DNA of 64,000 nucleotides from NCBI RefSeq assembly GCF_056746865.1, contig NZ_CM163382.1; one strand, 5' to 3'. Shown piece by piece: positions 53,769 to 64,000 of this stretch (position 1 is its first letter; each line of letters starts with the position of its first letter). The notes under the pieces were generated by a model. It saw only the letters and a program-made list of their open reading frames with translations, ran no database searches and was not told where the DNA came from. The position numbers and the translations under genes were made by a program.

Positions 53769-54101
53769 ATGTCAGTAAGCAATATGCCACCTATTGATAG
53801 AGCTGAGCAATCAGCTGCTCGTGAAATACAGCAAGCGAAAGTTATTGATTTAAATGACCGGGTTCTCAATCTTGATAACCCGGATGATAAAATGATCTCC
53901 GCTTTTGCCAACTATGCGGTACAAACTGAAAATTGGCAGCAAAATGCGTTACAAGCATTAAGGTCTGATAAAAAGGGGTTAACTCCTGAAAAATTATTAG
54001 TCTTGCAGGATCATGTGCTTAATTATAATGTCGAGGTTTCATTGGTGGGAACATTAGCAAGAAAAATTGTCGCTGCAGTTGAGACGTTGACTCGCTCATG
54101 A
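53769..54101 (+). CDS. eprJ: T3SS inner rod protein (PrgJ/SctI)
   Basis: ORF 53718..54101; start taken at MSVSNMPP (ATG 53769). Confidence 0.7.
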   Translation: MSVSNMPPIDRAEQSAAREIQQAKVIDLNDRVLNLDNPDDKMISAFANYAVQTENWQQNALQALRSDKKGLTPEKLLVLQDHVLNYNVEVSLVGTLARKIVAAVETLTRS

Positions 54102-54832
54102 AATATATATCATTATTCTTGTTTATCCTGCTGTTGTGCGGTTGCAAGCAGCAGGAATTACTGAACCATCTTGATCAACAGCAAGCTAATGATGTCCTTG
54201 CTGTTTTACAAAGACATAATATTAATGCTGAGAAGAAGGATCAAGGCAAAACTGGATTTTCAATCTATGTAGAACCAACGGATTTTGCTTCTGCGGTGGA
54301 TTGGCTAAAAATCTACAATCTCCCGGGTAAGCCTGATATTCAAATATCGCAGATGTTCCCTGCAGATGCACTCGTTTCCTCTCCACGAGCGGAAAAAGCA
54401 AGATTGTATTCTGCTATTGAACAGCGTTTAGAGCAATCTCTCAAAATTATGGATGGCATTGTTTCTTCAAGAGTACATGTTAGTTACGATGTTGATACAG
54501 GTGATAGTGGCAAAACTGCTTTACCAATTCATATTTCTGTACTTGCTGTATATGAAAAAGATATCAATCCAGAAATAAAAATAAATGACATTAAGAGATT
54601 TATTGTTAATAGCTTTGCAAGCGTACAATATGAGAATATTTCAGTCGTATTGTCAAAACGAAGAGATATTATTGAACAAGCACCAACATATGAAATTAAC
54701 GAACCTATTTTTGCTTATGATAAGACTATGCCGGTTTCTATCTTACTTGCATTAATGTCCATTGCGACTTGCTGGCTGTTATGGAAGTACAGGGCTATTA
54801 TAACTAATTTAATCAGGTTAAAAAATAAGTAG
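54098..54832 (+). CDS. eprK: T3SS inner-membrane ring lipoprotein (PrgK/SctJ)
   Basis: 244 aa, lipobox LLCGC, YscJ/PrgK-like sequence. Confidence 0.9.
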   Translation: MKYISLFLFILLLCGCKQQELLNHLDQQQANDVLAVLQRHNINAEKKDQGKTGFSIYVEPTDFASAVDWLKIYNLPGKPDIQISQMFPADALVSSPRAEKARLYSAIEQRLEQSLKIMDGIVSSRVHVSYDVDTGDSGKTALPIHISVLAVYEKDINPEIKINDIKRFIVNSFASVQYENISVVLSKRRDIIEQAPTYEINEPIFAYDKTMPVSILLALMSIATCWLLWKYRAIITNLIRLKNK

Positions 54833-54847
54833 ACATATGAGAACGTT

Positions 54848-55429
54848 ATGAATCTTGCCCTAAGAAAAATTATATATGATCCAATTAGTTATATTCATCC
54901 CCAACGAGTAAGTTTGAATAATGCACGTATTAGCAATCCGGTACTTAGATCTATTACCAATGAAATGATACTCCTACAGTACAATCTTTCAGTTGAGCAT
55001 TTCAGTCTGAATAGTTCACTTATTTACTACATAAACAATTGGAAATTATTTCCATTGATCTGTTTACTCAGTGGTTGTCACTTTTATCGAGAAAGGTTTG
55101 CAGAACGCGGATTTTTTTACAAGGTTCCTGATGTGCTAAGGAATTATTTATCAGCTATACCGGTGGAAATAAATGAAAAGGCACGATATAAACCTGGTAT
55201 CGTTAACTATCAGAATATCATCACATGTGGTTTTTCAACGTTGTTGCCCTATCTAAGGCAACAACCGTTGGCAATGCAGCAACGATTTAATTTATTATTT
55301 CCTGATTTTGTTGACCACATACAATTGCCGTTACCACTTGCGTCTACTCTTTTGGAGAGAATTACATTTTATGCGAAAAAAAATAGAGATGAGCTTGATA
55401 AACTCTCCTGCAAATGGTGTTGTGATTAA
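54848..55429 (+). CDS. T3SS sorting-platform protein, OrgA/SctK-like
   Basis: Position after prgK homolog, as orgA in SPI-1. Confidence 0.5.
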   Translation: MNLALRKIIYDPISYIHPQRVSLNNARISNPVLRSITNEMILLQYNLSVEHFSLNSSLIYYINNWKLFPLICLLSGCHFYRERFAERGFFYKVPDVLRNYLSAIPVEINEKARYKPGIVNYQNIITCGFSTLLPYLRQQPLAMQQRFNLLFPDFVDHIQLPLPLASTLLERITFYAKKNRDELDKLSCKWCCD

Positions 55430-56078
55430 AAGAATAATTTCTGATGGATTGAAAGAAATAGTTTCTCTAAAAGAACAGATCCTTCTTGAAACCACCGCAA
55501 AAATTCAGAGTATTGAGGAAAAGAGAGAAGAAAAAGTTATTCAAGGTTATTATGATGGCTATGCGAAAGGCATTATTGATGTGATGGATAATTTTATACC
55601 CTTGATAAGTTTGCTGAGCTCAGAATTAGAAAAAAACAGAATAAATATGATAAACGATCTGAAGAGCATATTGTTAAAATCTTCAGAGGAAGTTGAAGTT
55701 TTTATCAAAATTTTTGAAAGTTGGGTAACAAAATTACCGTCAATATCAGGCCCTTTAAATCTCTATATACCTACCAGTTTCAAAGATAAGTCTATTGAAG
55801 TAGAGTCATATTTTGTCGACAAGTCAATATGGAATGTCCATATTTCATATCATGATGACAAACGTTTTGTTTTTTTTACAGATCAATTTATTGCTGAATT
55901 TAGTCCGCAGGAATTTGTGGATAATTGTGAGCAATATTTAATTAGCAATCACTGTTTTTCCCCTGACAAGGTTAATGAAATCTGTGAACATGCCAGACAT
56001 TATTTAGTTGAAAGAATGTGTGAAATAGATTCTTTGGCTATGAATAATTCTGATTTGACGACCCCAGAGGACTTATAG
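55371..56078 (+). CDS. T3SS stator protein, OrgB/SctL-like
   Basis: ORF 55308..56078; ATG 55371; call by position. Confidence 0.45.
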   Translation: MRKKIEMSLINSPANGVVIKRIISDGLKEIVSLKEQILLETTAKIQSIEEKREEKVIQGYYDGYAKGIIDVMDNFIPLISLLSSELEKNRINMINDLKSILLKSSEEVEVFIKIFESWVTKLPSISGPLNLYIPTSFKDKSIEVESYFVDKSIWNVHISYHDDKRFVFFTDQFIAEFSPQEFVDNCEQYLISNHCFSPDKVNEICEHARHYLVERMCEIDSLAMNNSDLTTPEDL

Positions 56079-56300
56079 ATCACTGTCTCCGGCTTAATGA
56101 CTTGAATATAATCTAATTCTAATATTTTAAACGCCTAATGATTTTTCAAAACGGGTGTTATTCTGCTTACGCAAAAATTTTATTATTAATTATATTTCAT
56201 TATTATTTCATCAATGTATTCTTTGGATTTTGCTTATAATAATAATGGAAGGGATGATTATAAATGAATGCGTTATAGCATTTACACTCAGGATGAATAT

Positions 56301-56933
56301 ATGGGAAAGATTAAAATTGTAGTTTCAGATCAGCAGCCGTTTATGATTGATGGGATAATTGGATTTCTCGGACATTATCCCGATTTATATGAGGTTGTTG
56401 GGGGCTATAAAGATCTGAAGAAAGCTATCGCGGAGTGTAACAAATCTGCAGCCCAAATATTTATTTTAGGAGAATTTGCAGGTGGAATGATGGGGTCCGA
56501 ACTCATTAAATGGGTTAAATCGCATAAAATAGATGCTCATATTATTACATTTGTAGCAAAAATGCCGTATATTGATTCAATAAAATTACTTGAAGCCGGT
56601 GCAAAAGGATGCGTATGGAAAACCAGTCACCCGGCAAAACTAAATCGCGCTATTGATTCGATTAGTAATGGTTACACTTATTTTGATAGTGTACACATGG
56701 ATTGTGAAAAAATATCTTCAAGATATTCCTCTGATAATCAACTTACAAATCGTGAGTCTGAAATACTACAACTCATAGCTGATGGAAAAACAAACAAAGA
56801 AATCGCTAATTTCTTGCAGTTAAGCAGGAAAACAGTCGAAACTCATAGACTCAATATCATGAAGAAATTAGATGTTCACAGTGGTATCGAGTTGATCAAA
56901 ACAGCTTTACGTATGGGTGTTTGCACTATATAA
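56301..56933 (+). CDS. ygeK: Response regulator with LuxR-type HTH (NarL/FixJ family)
   Basis: Start at [14 protein letters not shown]; receiver domain plus C-terminal ...[32 protein letters not shown]. Symbol from memory of K-12 ETT2 remnant. Confidence 0.7.
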   Translation: MGKIKIVVSDQQPFMIDGIIGFLGHYPDLYEVVGGYKDLKKAIAECNKSAAQIFILGEFAGGMMGSELIKWVKSHKIDAHIITFVAKMPYIDSIKLLEAGAKGCVWKTSHPAKLNRAIDSISNGYTYFDSVHMDCEKISSRYSSDNQLTNRESEILQLIADGKTNKEIANFLQLSRKTVETHRLNIMKKLDVHSGIELIKTALRMGVCTI

Positions 56934-56951
56934 AAAAAAGAGGCTTTAGGC

Positions 56952-57455
56952 TTATTTTGCTAAAGCCTTACGCTTGTCTATTTCATTAAGTCTGGTATAT
57001 ACAACATATATTTTTTTTGCATATTGCAGCCTCTTTTTTTTGTTTTCCATTGCAAAACCCGCGTTATATGTCCCCAGACATTGCCACGTTACCCCACAAC
57101 GTGAAAAATGATTATATAAAATCTCGGTCCCTATTTTAATGTTCAGACAGGGGTTATCTAACAAATCTCGTTCATCTTTTATTATTCCACGTTTTTTTAA
57201 CATGGGAATGTGCATCTGGTTTATCTGCATTAAACCATAATCAACACTCTTTATATTGTTTTTCTTATCCCTGTTTTTGCCGATGCTATCATTTTTTAAA
57301 TTACTTTCAACAAGAGCGATAGCTTTGATCAAATTTGGTTCGATTCTGAAAATTGATCCTGCTTCATTAAAGCAAGCGCTACTGGCGAAAGACATTTTTG
57401 TAATTAATATAGAAAACATGAAGATGGATAAGATTTTAACTTTGGGTAAGCGCAT
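56952..57455 (-). CDS. T3SS-associated lytic transglycosylase (IagB/IpgF family)
   Basis: 167 aa, signal peptide, conserved GLMQI motif. Confidence 0.85.
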   Translation of the reverse strand: MRLPKVKILSIFMFSILITKMSFASSACFNEAGSIFRIEPNLIKAIALVESNLKNDSIGKNRDKKNNIKSVDYGLMQINQMHIPMLKKRGIIKDERDLLDNPCLNIKIGTEILYNHFSRCGVTWQCLGTYNAGFAMENKKKRLQYAKKIYVVYTRLNEIDKRKALAK

Positions 57456-57538
57456 ATATTTTTATGTGTAGGATTGAAGGAAAGGAACGAGATACTAATA
57501 TATTCAGTATCTCGTTAATCATTTAAGTGGTCAATTAT

Positions 57539-57799
57539 CTACCATTCCAGTTCATAGTAAGGAGAGATAGGATTATCTTTCGAATACATATCATTTTGAA
57601 AAGATGCCATCCATGTTGAAACTATAAATGCTTGTATTTGATCTGTATCAGTAGTACTGGTGGTGATGTGTTTATCTAATGAAACGACTTCATCACCCGT
57701 TGCGGTTGCTATATTTAAACTTTGAGAAAAATTATTCATATTGATTGGATTAGTCATAAAGTTCCCTTTTTTATTTGTCCAGGCCAATAGCCTATACAC
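57539..57799 (-). CDS. Hypothetical small protein
   Basis: ORF only; start uncertain. Confidence 0.35.
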   Translation of the reverse strand: MYRLLAWTNKKGNFMTNPINMNNFSQSLNIATATGDEVVSLDKHITTSTTDTDQIQAFIVSTWMASFQNDMYSKDNPISPYYELEW

Positions 57800-57924
57800 A
57801 ATACTTTTTAATCTAGAGTATTTGATATATATTGCAATAAGGTAATTATCTTAGATGTTTTCATCTCTGTTGTTTACATAACCAGTTGCATGCATCTAAA
57901 CAATAAAATTGCGACAATAAAGAT

Positions 57925-59301
57925 TTATCGCATACAAATTCTCGTCAGTTGCTTTAGTTTCAAAATGTTGTCAATTATAACTCGATGGCTTTCACTCGAA
58001 GTTTCTTTATAGTAGAGTTTCATGTTGCTTTTGAGCGGGTTAGGCACATACATATCTACACACTCTTTTATCACAACTGCTTTTCGTCTTCTGGGTTCGA
58101 GTTGTAGTGATTTGTCTATACAAATCCTTGCCTCTTCAATTCTTTCATTATGAAAATTGACAAGTGCTCTATAGTAGTAGAGAGAGGCTATATCAGTTGT
58201 GTGTATCTTAGCCTGTTCAAATAAGATATGAGATACTTTTGCTTGTCCAGACAGACCAGTTATCAGTCCCATAATAGCTAAAATTTTTCCATCGACATTG
58301 GTTATGTCTGATACATAATGTAAAAGCTCTAATGCTTTTTGAGCAGCAAGTTCAAGTTCATATTTTCCATGAAGTGCCAAAGACATATGGCATTCCGCTA
58401 GCAGACAATAACATTCTGTTTTTAGCGTCTGTATATCACTTTTATTTTGTAATCCATCAAATATAGTCATAGCCCTGTAAATGCTTTCAGATGTAAACTC
58501 GTAAAGTTCTTTCTTACCAGCCAACAGTTCATCTGATAAATAATGATTCTTGTAACCTTGATCTGATTTAGCTAATCTTACAGATCGCTCTGGATTATGT
58601 ACCGTTTGAAGGATATTATCTATAATAAATTGTGATGTGTTATTTAGTTCATCAACAGGAAGATGATTACTGGCGATGAGGAAAAGATTTTTAGCGTCGA
58701 TCAGTTCAATGTATAAAGTTTTCACCGCGTTATTCTGGTTTATTCTTCCTGTAACGAAATAATCTGGCTTGAATCTTCTCAAGAATGAATTTTGCGATAT
58801 GTGATCATTACAAAAATTTGTCGCAGCCATCGGATAGGTATAAAGGCCATCGATTTTTTTATTCGAAATGTTTTGCACTAATTCCTGATTAAGTATTAAT
58901 GGATCCAGGGTATTCACTGAAGTGGTGAAAGGAAATATAGCTATGGAATAGTCTGAAGTGTTATCTTCATTTCTTTTAGTTTTGAAAACCTGTCCACTGA
59001 AACGATAACCTTTCCGGTAGATTGTTTCTATGCAACGATCATAGCCAATTTTTTCAAAAATGCAGCGCAAAGAATAGATACATCTTGTCAGGGACTCGTC
59101 ACTTACAATAATATTTTTCCATACTGATTCGATGATCATATCTTTCAGGACAACATGACCAGCGGATTCAAGTAATACGATCAATACTCCTAACTCTTTC
59201 GGTGGAATATAAATCTGCTCATTTCCTTGAGTAAGAATTCCATCTTCCGTGAGCGTTAATCCCTCAAGAAAATGATATGAAAATTTATTTTCTAAGTCCA
59301 T
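57925..59301 (-). CDS. ygeH: HilA-like regulator (OmpR-type winged helix plus TPR region)
   Basis: 458 aa; N-terminal winged-helix DNA-binding region resembling HilA. Confidence 0.78.
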   Translation of the reverse strand: MDLENKFSYHFLEGLTLTEDGILTQGNEQIYIPPKELGVLIVLLESAGHVVLKDMIIESVWKNIIVSDESLTRCIYSLRCIFEKIGYDRCIETIYRKGYRFSGQVFKTKRNEDNTSDYSIAIFPFTTSVNTLDPLILNQELVQNISNKKIDGLYTYPMAATNFCNDHISQNSFLRRFKPDYFVTGRINQNNAVKTLYIELIDAKNLFLIASNHLPVDELNNTSQFIIDNILQTVHNPERSVRLAKSDQGYKNHYLSDELLAGKKELYEFTSESIYRAMTIFDGLQNKSDIQTLKTECYCLLAECHMSLALHGKYELELAAQKALELLHYVSDITNVDGKILAIMGLITGLSGQAKVSHILFEQAKIHTTDIASLYYYRALVNFHNERIEEARICIDKSLQLEPRRRKAVVIKECVDMYVPNPLKSNMKLYYKETSSESHRVIIDNILKLKQLTRICMR

Positions 59302-59635
59302 TAGTTAACCTCTATGAAAAAATTGGTTTCTTGCATCCTGCATAAGCAATAGAAATTGTGGCTATTCATATTTATGTGTCATTAATGCTATAGGAGTTTA
59401 CATTCGACATATCTATGGTTGTGTTCACTAATTTATCTTAGGAATTCAGTGATGTAATCTGAAATAGCCTTATTCAATTTTGATAAAATAGATTGTTCTC
59501 TAACGCGTTGAAAAATAATAATTTATAGTGTGTTCTTAACTGTTTTAAGATGTTGATTTAAGAAAACATAAGAGAAGATGGTCATAGTGGTTAACTGCAC
59601 TATAACCAGCAATTTTAACCAAATGATTGTAATGC

Positions 59636-60193
59636 TTAGCCATTATCTTCTGAATTATCGGTTAAGAGTTCAATATATGCCTGCGCTTTGCTCTTAACAC
59701 TTTCATCCTCACAATTGTTAATAATATGATAGAAACATTGCATTGCGTTATCGATATTTTTAGCCCCAATTTGACATTGACCCATACGATAAATAACTGA
59801 ATAGTCATCATACGGGGAGTAATTGTAACTTAGTTTGTAAAGGTCATATGCTTGTTGATATTTCTTTTTTGACTGGCATACTGATGCAAAACCTTTTAGA
59901 TATTCATGATTTTCGAACGCATAAATGCACAGAAATTTATAATAAATTTCTGCGTCCGTTATATTACCTTTTTCATGGTAGTCGAATGCATATGCATATA
60001 TTCTATCAAGGATATCAGGAGTCAATCCATGTAGTAATGCCAGATTTTCTCCTTGTGATAATGCGTGTTTTAGTTGACTTGCCCATTCATCACTGTTATT
60101 GAATATTTCAAGTGTATCTGTGTTCATAATATTCCTCTGTGATGTGTTTCGTGATGCTAAATTATTATTAATTGACTCATTATTTTTTTGCAT
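59636..60193 (-). CDS. ygeG: TPR-containing class II T3SS chaperone (SicA/LcrH/CesD family)
   Basis: 185 aa with three TPR-like repeats. Confidence 0.75.
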   Translation of the reverse strand: MQKNNESINNNLASRNTSQRNIMNTDTLEIFNNSDEWASQLKHALSQGENLALLHGLTPDILDRIYAYAFDYHEKGNITDAEIYYKFLCIYAFENHEYLKGFASVCQSKKKYQQAYDLYKLSYNYSPYDDYSVIYRMGQCQIGAKNIDNAMQCFYHIINNCEDESVKSKAQAYIELLTDNSEDNG

Positions 60194-60352
60194 TTATCTT
60201 TTTTGAATTATGAGTTTTAAGCTTGTATTGCTTATGGGTATATTGGTTCATTATTAGTAAAAATACTGACCACTATAAACCAATAATGTCATTAGTTGTT
60301 TTGCTAATATTCACCTTATTAGTCATCTTATTTACGACATTTCATAAATGCC

Positions 60353-60844
60353 TTAATATGCATGACCTTGATTCATATTATCAATTTCCATTTTTTCGAT
60401 GAAAATTAAAAAGGGGATTTTTGCGAAGGGTAGTAAATCGTCTGGTTTTTTTTCTTTATTATGTCTGGTGACGAGGGGGGATAGAACGTCGGTGCATATA
60501 GTAGAGAATTTATTCAGGTCTAAATTATTCTCTATTTTGGCCAGTTTTATGAGTTCATTTGTAGCCATACTCATTAAATCATCTGTTATCGGAAATTTAT
60601 ATATGCTCATAGCCGATAATATTGCTTGCTGAATTATTTCTTCAGAAATATCCGCTATCTTTATTGACAAATCATGTGTTAGATATTTTCCTCCAAGAGA
60701 TTCTTGTTCAATATAATTTAAACCAGACCTCATCGTAATTTTAACTGGATTCACGTATTTCTCTTCATTTTTCTTATTTTTGTTCTCCTGATCAGGAACT
60801 AATGGTTGCAGTGGTAGGCTATTATTAATATTTCGTGGCTTCAT
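60353..60844 (-). CDS. Hypothetical protein (163 aa) in ETT2
   Basis: ORF only. Confidence 0.45.
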   Translation of the reverse strand: MKPRNINNSLPLQPLVPDQENKNKKNEEKYVNPVKITMRSGLNYIEQESLGGKYLTHDLSIKIADISEEIIQQAILSAMSIYKFPITDDLMSMATNELIKLAKIENNLDLNKFSTICTDVLSPLVTRHNKEKKPDDLLPFAKIPFLIFIEKMEIDNMNQGHAY

Positions 60845-61261
60845 TTTACATTTCTCTCATTTGATTAGAGCAAAATCCGAATTCGCAGCTTCTGATAATG
60901 TCAAATATCACCTTTTCTCATGCTTTATTCTATCAAAAATCGCTCATTTTTACTTTTTTTACCATAATGTTACCTAGTAGCATCGGCAATTTACATAACT
61001 TACATGTTGTTTTTTATGTCCTGAAAAAACAGATAGATAGTGTGCACACTCGAAATGATATTGGTAACATAAATAGCTTTATTCGTGACAAACATCTCAA
61101 AAGATTTCCTTTATTATTTTCGAAATTCATTTGATCAAGGTTATCACCTTATGGAGACGTTACGTAGAATGACTATATTTGTTATCGGCACATTAGGGGT
61201 ATTAAATTTAGTATTGATGGAAGGTGATTATTGAACAGTAACATCGAGTCACGGTAAAAAT

Positions 61262-61699
61262 GTGAGGTATATAATGGACATTGAGTTTTCGCAGATTCAT
61301 GAAATAGTCTATATGCATGATATTGTAAATTCGGACTCGAAAAAGAAACCAAGGATTCCGTTAAAAAAATTCCTTAATGCTGAGAAGGTTCTCACGCAAA
61401 CAACATCATGGGCACTAAATTCAAGATATGTGAATGTTAATTCTGTCAGTAAAGTCAACGTAAAGAGTAAAGTTAAAAACAGTTATATCTCACGATCTGT
61501 CAATGATGAGTTTAGTTTAACAGATGATGAAATCAATTCTTTTAAAGAAACGTTAGTCCTTTCCTCTATTGATTCTCTAAGTAAACTGGTTCTTAATAAT
61601 CCTCTTTCTGTATTGTTTACATCGACTGTACGAAGGAATAATAATAGAGCTAAGATGAATGTTGAGTTCGACTCATGGATTTGCACCAGATGTTGTTGA
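61262..61699 (+). CDS. Hypothetical protein (145 aa)
   Basis: ORF in AT-rich region. Confidence 0.3.
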   Translation: MRYIMDIEFSQIHEIVYMHDIVNSDSKKKPRIPLKKFLNAEKVLTQTTSWALNSRYVNVNSVSKVNVKSKVKNSYISRSVNDEFSLTDDEINSFKETLVLSSIDSLSKLVLNNPLSVLFTSTVRRNNNRAKMNVEFDSWICTRCC

Positions 61700-61847
61700 T
61701 ACATGATATTTTACATTGCAAGGTGATATCTAAAATGAAAGATGTTGATCAAAACTTTGATGCTTTATACTGGCATATACTACAAGCATATTTAATTTTA
61801 TTGTTTTATGATTAACGAGGTTCCATCTTTTTGTTATCTATTTAAGT

Positions 61848-62342
61848 TTACCTTGCACAATGCATTATTGCTCTGTTACCAATACTCAAAATAAAAGCAT
61901 GCTTACCTTGCTTTAGTATATTATAGCTTACACTTTTTTCTGGAAAGACATAAAAATCAGGAATAAGTTCTGCAAGTCTATCATCATCGACTTGATCCAT
62001 GATCTCAAATTTATTAACTTTCTTTGATGTTAAATGGGCTGTGTCATAGTTTTCAATCCATGTGTATTCAATATTTCGCCGTATTGACTTACTTTCTCTG
62101 TTACCCTGTTGCCAGGTTCCGCTCAACGCAACAGTTCCTGTTTTATTTTTTTTGTTATACATAAAGTCGATGGTAAGATTTGCTCGCCCCTTGTCATTAA
62201 AAATTACCCAATTTGCAGTGCATGTTTCATTATATATCATTTTTTCTGCAGTATAAGAGTAAACAATGAAGAGAATAAACCCACTGATAAAAACTAAAAT
62301 AAATAATAAGTTTTTTTTATAATCAATCACGATTAACCTCAC
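61848..62342 (-). CDS. Hypothetical membrane-anchored protein (164 aa)
   Basis: N-terminal TM segment; overlaps next gene start. Confidence 0.45.
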   Translation of the reverse strand: MRLIVIDYKKNLLFILVFISGFILFIVYSYTAEKMIYNETCTANWVIFNDKGRANLTIDFMYNKKNKTGTVALSGTWQQGNRESKSIRRNIEYTWIENYDTAHLTSKKVNKFEIMDQVDDDRLAELIPDFYVFPEKSVSYNILKQGKHAFILSIGNRAIMHCAR

Positions 62343-63132
62343 GGTAAGACAGGGTTAAACAGCCTGCCACTTCATGTTGGTTATAGTTTTTATTGCATGC
62401 CATAACAATCATCCCTGGTGAGGATTTTGCAAGAGGGAAGTATAACCACGGATATTTTTTACAGTTAATCCCCGAATCCAGTATCCGTGTCTTATATTTA
62501 TCGAACTCTTTCAACCCATCAATTGTATCTTCTGTCACATTAAAATGGCAGCCATTAATTTCCGCAACAGTCTTGTAATCCTTGAAGAATGGCTTCGGTT
62601 GATTATTATTCCATAGCCAATGTGCAGAATATACGCCTATAGCAAATATGCTCAACATAATTAGATAACTTTTTATATGTTTGAGGATTTTGTTATTGAA
62701 ATTGTTTGCGCCACTAATGCTCTCTTTGTACCCCGCATTACCTTTTACGGCAGGTGGGGCATTGTGTGTATGTGCGTCTGTTGAAGAGTTTATTGCATGA
62801 TTTTGTATGTTAATGTCATTATGAATCTTGAATCCTCTTCTCGGCACGGTTGCAATAAGCGAGTGGGTGGTATCACCAACAGCGCGAAATCCGCGTCTGA
62901 TAATGGATATGTTCTGATATAACGTGTTAGTTGGCACACGCATACCTTCTTCTTCCCAGACTCTGGTGAAAAAATCTTGTTGTGCAACCACATCAGGAAA
63001 AGCTTCAAGTAGAAGTGATAAACAACGACTGGCTGGCGTTGTCAGAACGACGTTAAGATCGGCGTTATGTACCGATATTAATTTTCGGTGCTCAGGCCAG
63101 AACTCGATATTATCGTTAATAATCCAGTACAT
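62323..63132 (-). CDS. yqeI: ToxR-like membrane-bound winged-helix regulator
   Basis: 269 aa; N-terminal OmpR/ToxR-type winged helix, central TM segment, periplasmic C-terminus. Confidence 0.68.
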   Translation of the reverse strand: MYWIINDNIEFWPEHRKLISVHNADLNVVLTTPASRCLSLLLEAFPDVVAQQDFFTRVWEEEGMRVPTNTLYQNISIIRRGFRAVGDTTHSLIATVPRRGFKIHNDINIQNHAINSSTDAHTHNAPPAVKGNAGYKESISGANNFNNKILKHIKSYLIMLSIFAIGVYSAHWLWNNNQPKPFFKDYKTVAEINGCHFNVTEDTIDGLKEFDKYKTRILDSGINCKKYPWLYFPLAKSSPGMIVMACNKNYNQHEVAGCLTLSYREVNRD

Positions 63133-63465
63133 ACGTCAATAGACACTAAATCAATCGAAATGGAAATCACATAGTTTGCTAAGTATATTGGTATTTACGG
63201 CATAAATATATATTAATTTTATATTTATCATAATGATTGAAATGAGGCTTTAATGTCGCAACCTAAAACTTTACGTAAATTAACATGATTAACATTTATG
63301 CCACTATTGTTTGTAAATTCATATTTCGTAATGCTTCTGAATTTTTCGTGTGATGGTTTTAAATACCATGTTGTTTACTCTTGGGGTTACTGCTTATTTG
63401 TAAAATACGGGCATTTCAATAGATGCCCGTATAAGCAGAGTATGATTCTGGCAGATTATTGAGTA

Positions 63466-63984
63466 TCAATGTTGGACCGAATGTGAACGAATAAATAACT
63501 CGTTTATTTTACCACCCATTCTCTTTTCGATTCGTTGCTTGTACGCGTAGATGCTACGGATATCCATATCCAGAACTTCAGCAATCTGATATGGATTATA
63601 ACCAGAAACCATATACCCCATTATGGTGAATTCCATCTGAGTTAATGTGTTCCCTCTGGTAAATGATAAATAACGACCAATAAATAGTTGTCTGATCTTT
63701 TCGTTGGCAACATCAAGACCATCATCATTATATATGACAGCAGATATTGCAGAGTTGTGTTTTCGCCAGTAGTTAGCTAACGATTGCATATTTCGGTCGC
63801 TGACTAAAACAATCCCCATGTCAGTACTTGCAAGATAGTCAATCCAGTCTTTTTCAAGGAATAGACGTAAAAAACTTACTGAAAAATCGACAAAAATATA
63901 TCCGCTTAATCTCGCATTGTGGTTTTTTGTTAAAATACCTTCCACCACACCACGATTAAAATATGAACTTTCTTCGGGCCACAT
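63466..63984 (-). CDS. yqeH: LuxR-type HTH regulator
   Basis: 172 aa; C-terminal HTH; ATG at 63982-63984. Confidence 0.6.
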   Translation of the reverse strand: MWPEESSYFNRGVVEGILTKNHNARLSGYIFVDFSVSFLRLFLEKDWIDYLASTDMGIVLVSDRNMQSLANYWRKHNSAISAVIYNDDGLDVANEKIRQLFIGRYLSFTRGNTLTQMEFTIMGYMVSGYNPYQIAEVLDMDIRSIYAYKQRIEKRMGGKINELFIRSHSVQH

Positions 63985-64000
63985 ACAAAAACACGAGTTT

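Noticed and set aside
39150-56078. T3SS as LEE or Salmonella SPI-1
   Set aside because: No intimin/tir/esp genes and no translocon genes (sipBCD equivalents). Gene order plus presence of yge/yqe-type regulators and the InvA/InvC/InvG-like sequences fit ETT2.

Overview
Escherichia coli-like chromosomal window with four zones. (1) 1-13.0 kb: conserved core block on the minus strand (UbiD/UbiX-like decarboxylase genes plus a MarR regulator, rpoS, nlpD, pcm, surE, truD, ispF, ispD, ftsB, ygbE, cysC, cysN, cysD) followed by iap. (2) 13.1-16.8 kb: a type I-E CRISPR array (18 repeats, 17 spacers of 32 bp) with a decayed cas locus: cas2 and cas6e intact, cas1 carrying an in-frame TAA, cas5 truncated, and cas7/cse2/cse1/cas3 absent. 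(3) 16.8-36.7 kb: a ~19.9 kb integrase-bearing satellite/PICI-like island flanked by 15-bp direct repeats that look like a tRNA 3' end. It carries alpA, antirepressors, a DUF927-type primase with iterons, an IS200/IS605 element (tnpA/tnpB), and the main candidate for an undescribed system: a translationally coupled operon of three large proteins (843/686/925 aa) plus a small membrane protein that I cannot assign to any family. (4) 36.9-64 kb: an AT-rich ETT2-type type III secretion island (eiv/epa/epr genes plus regulators) whose genes all read as uninterrupted ORFs. All calls rest on reading the supplied ORF translations and the DNA by eye; no database search or computation was run.
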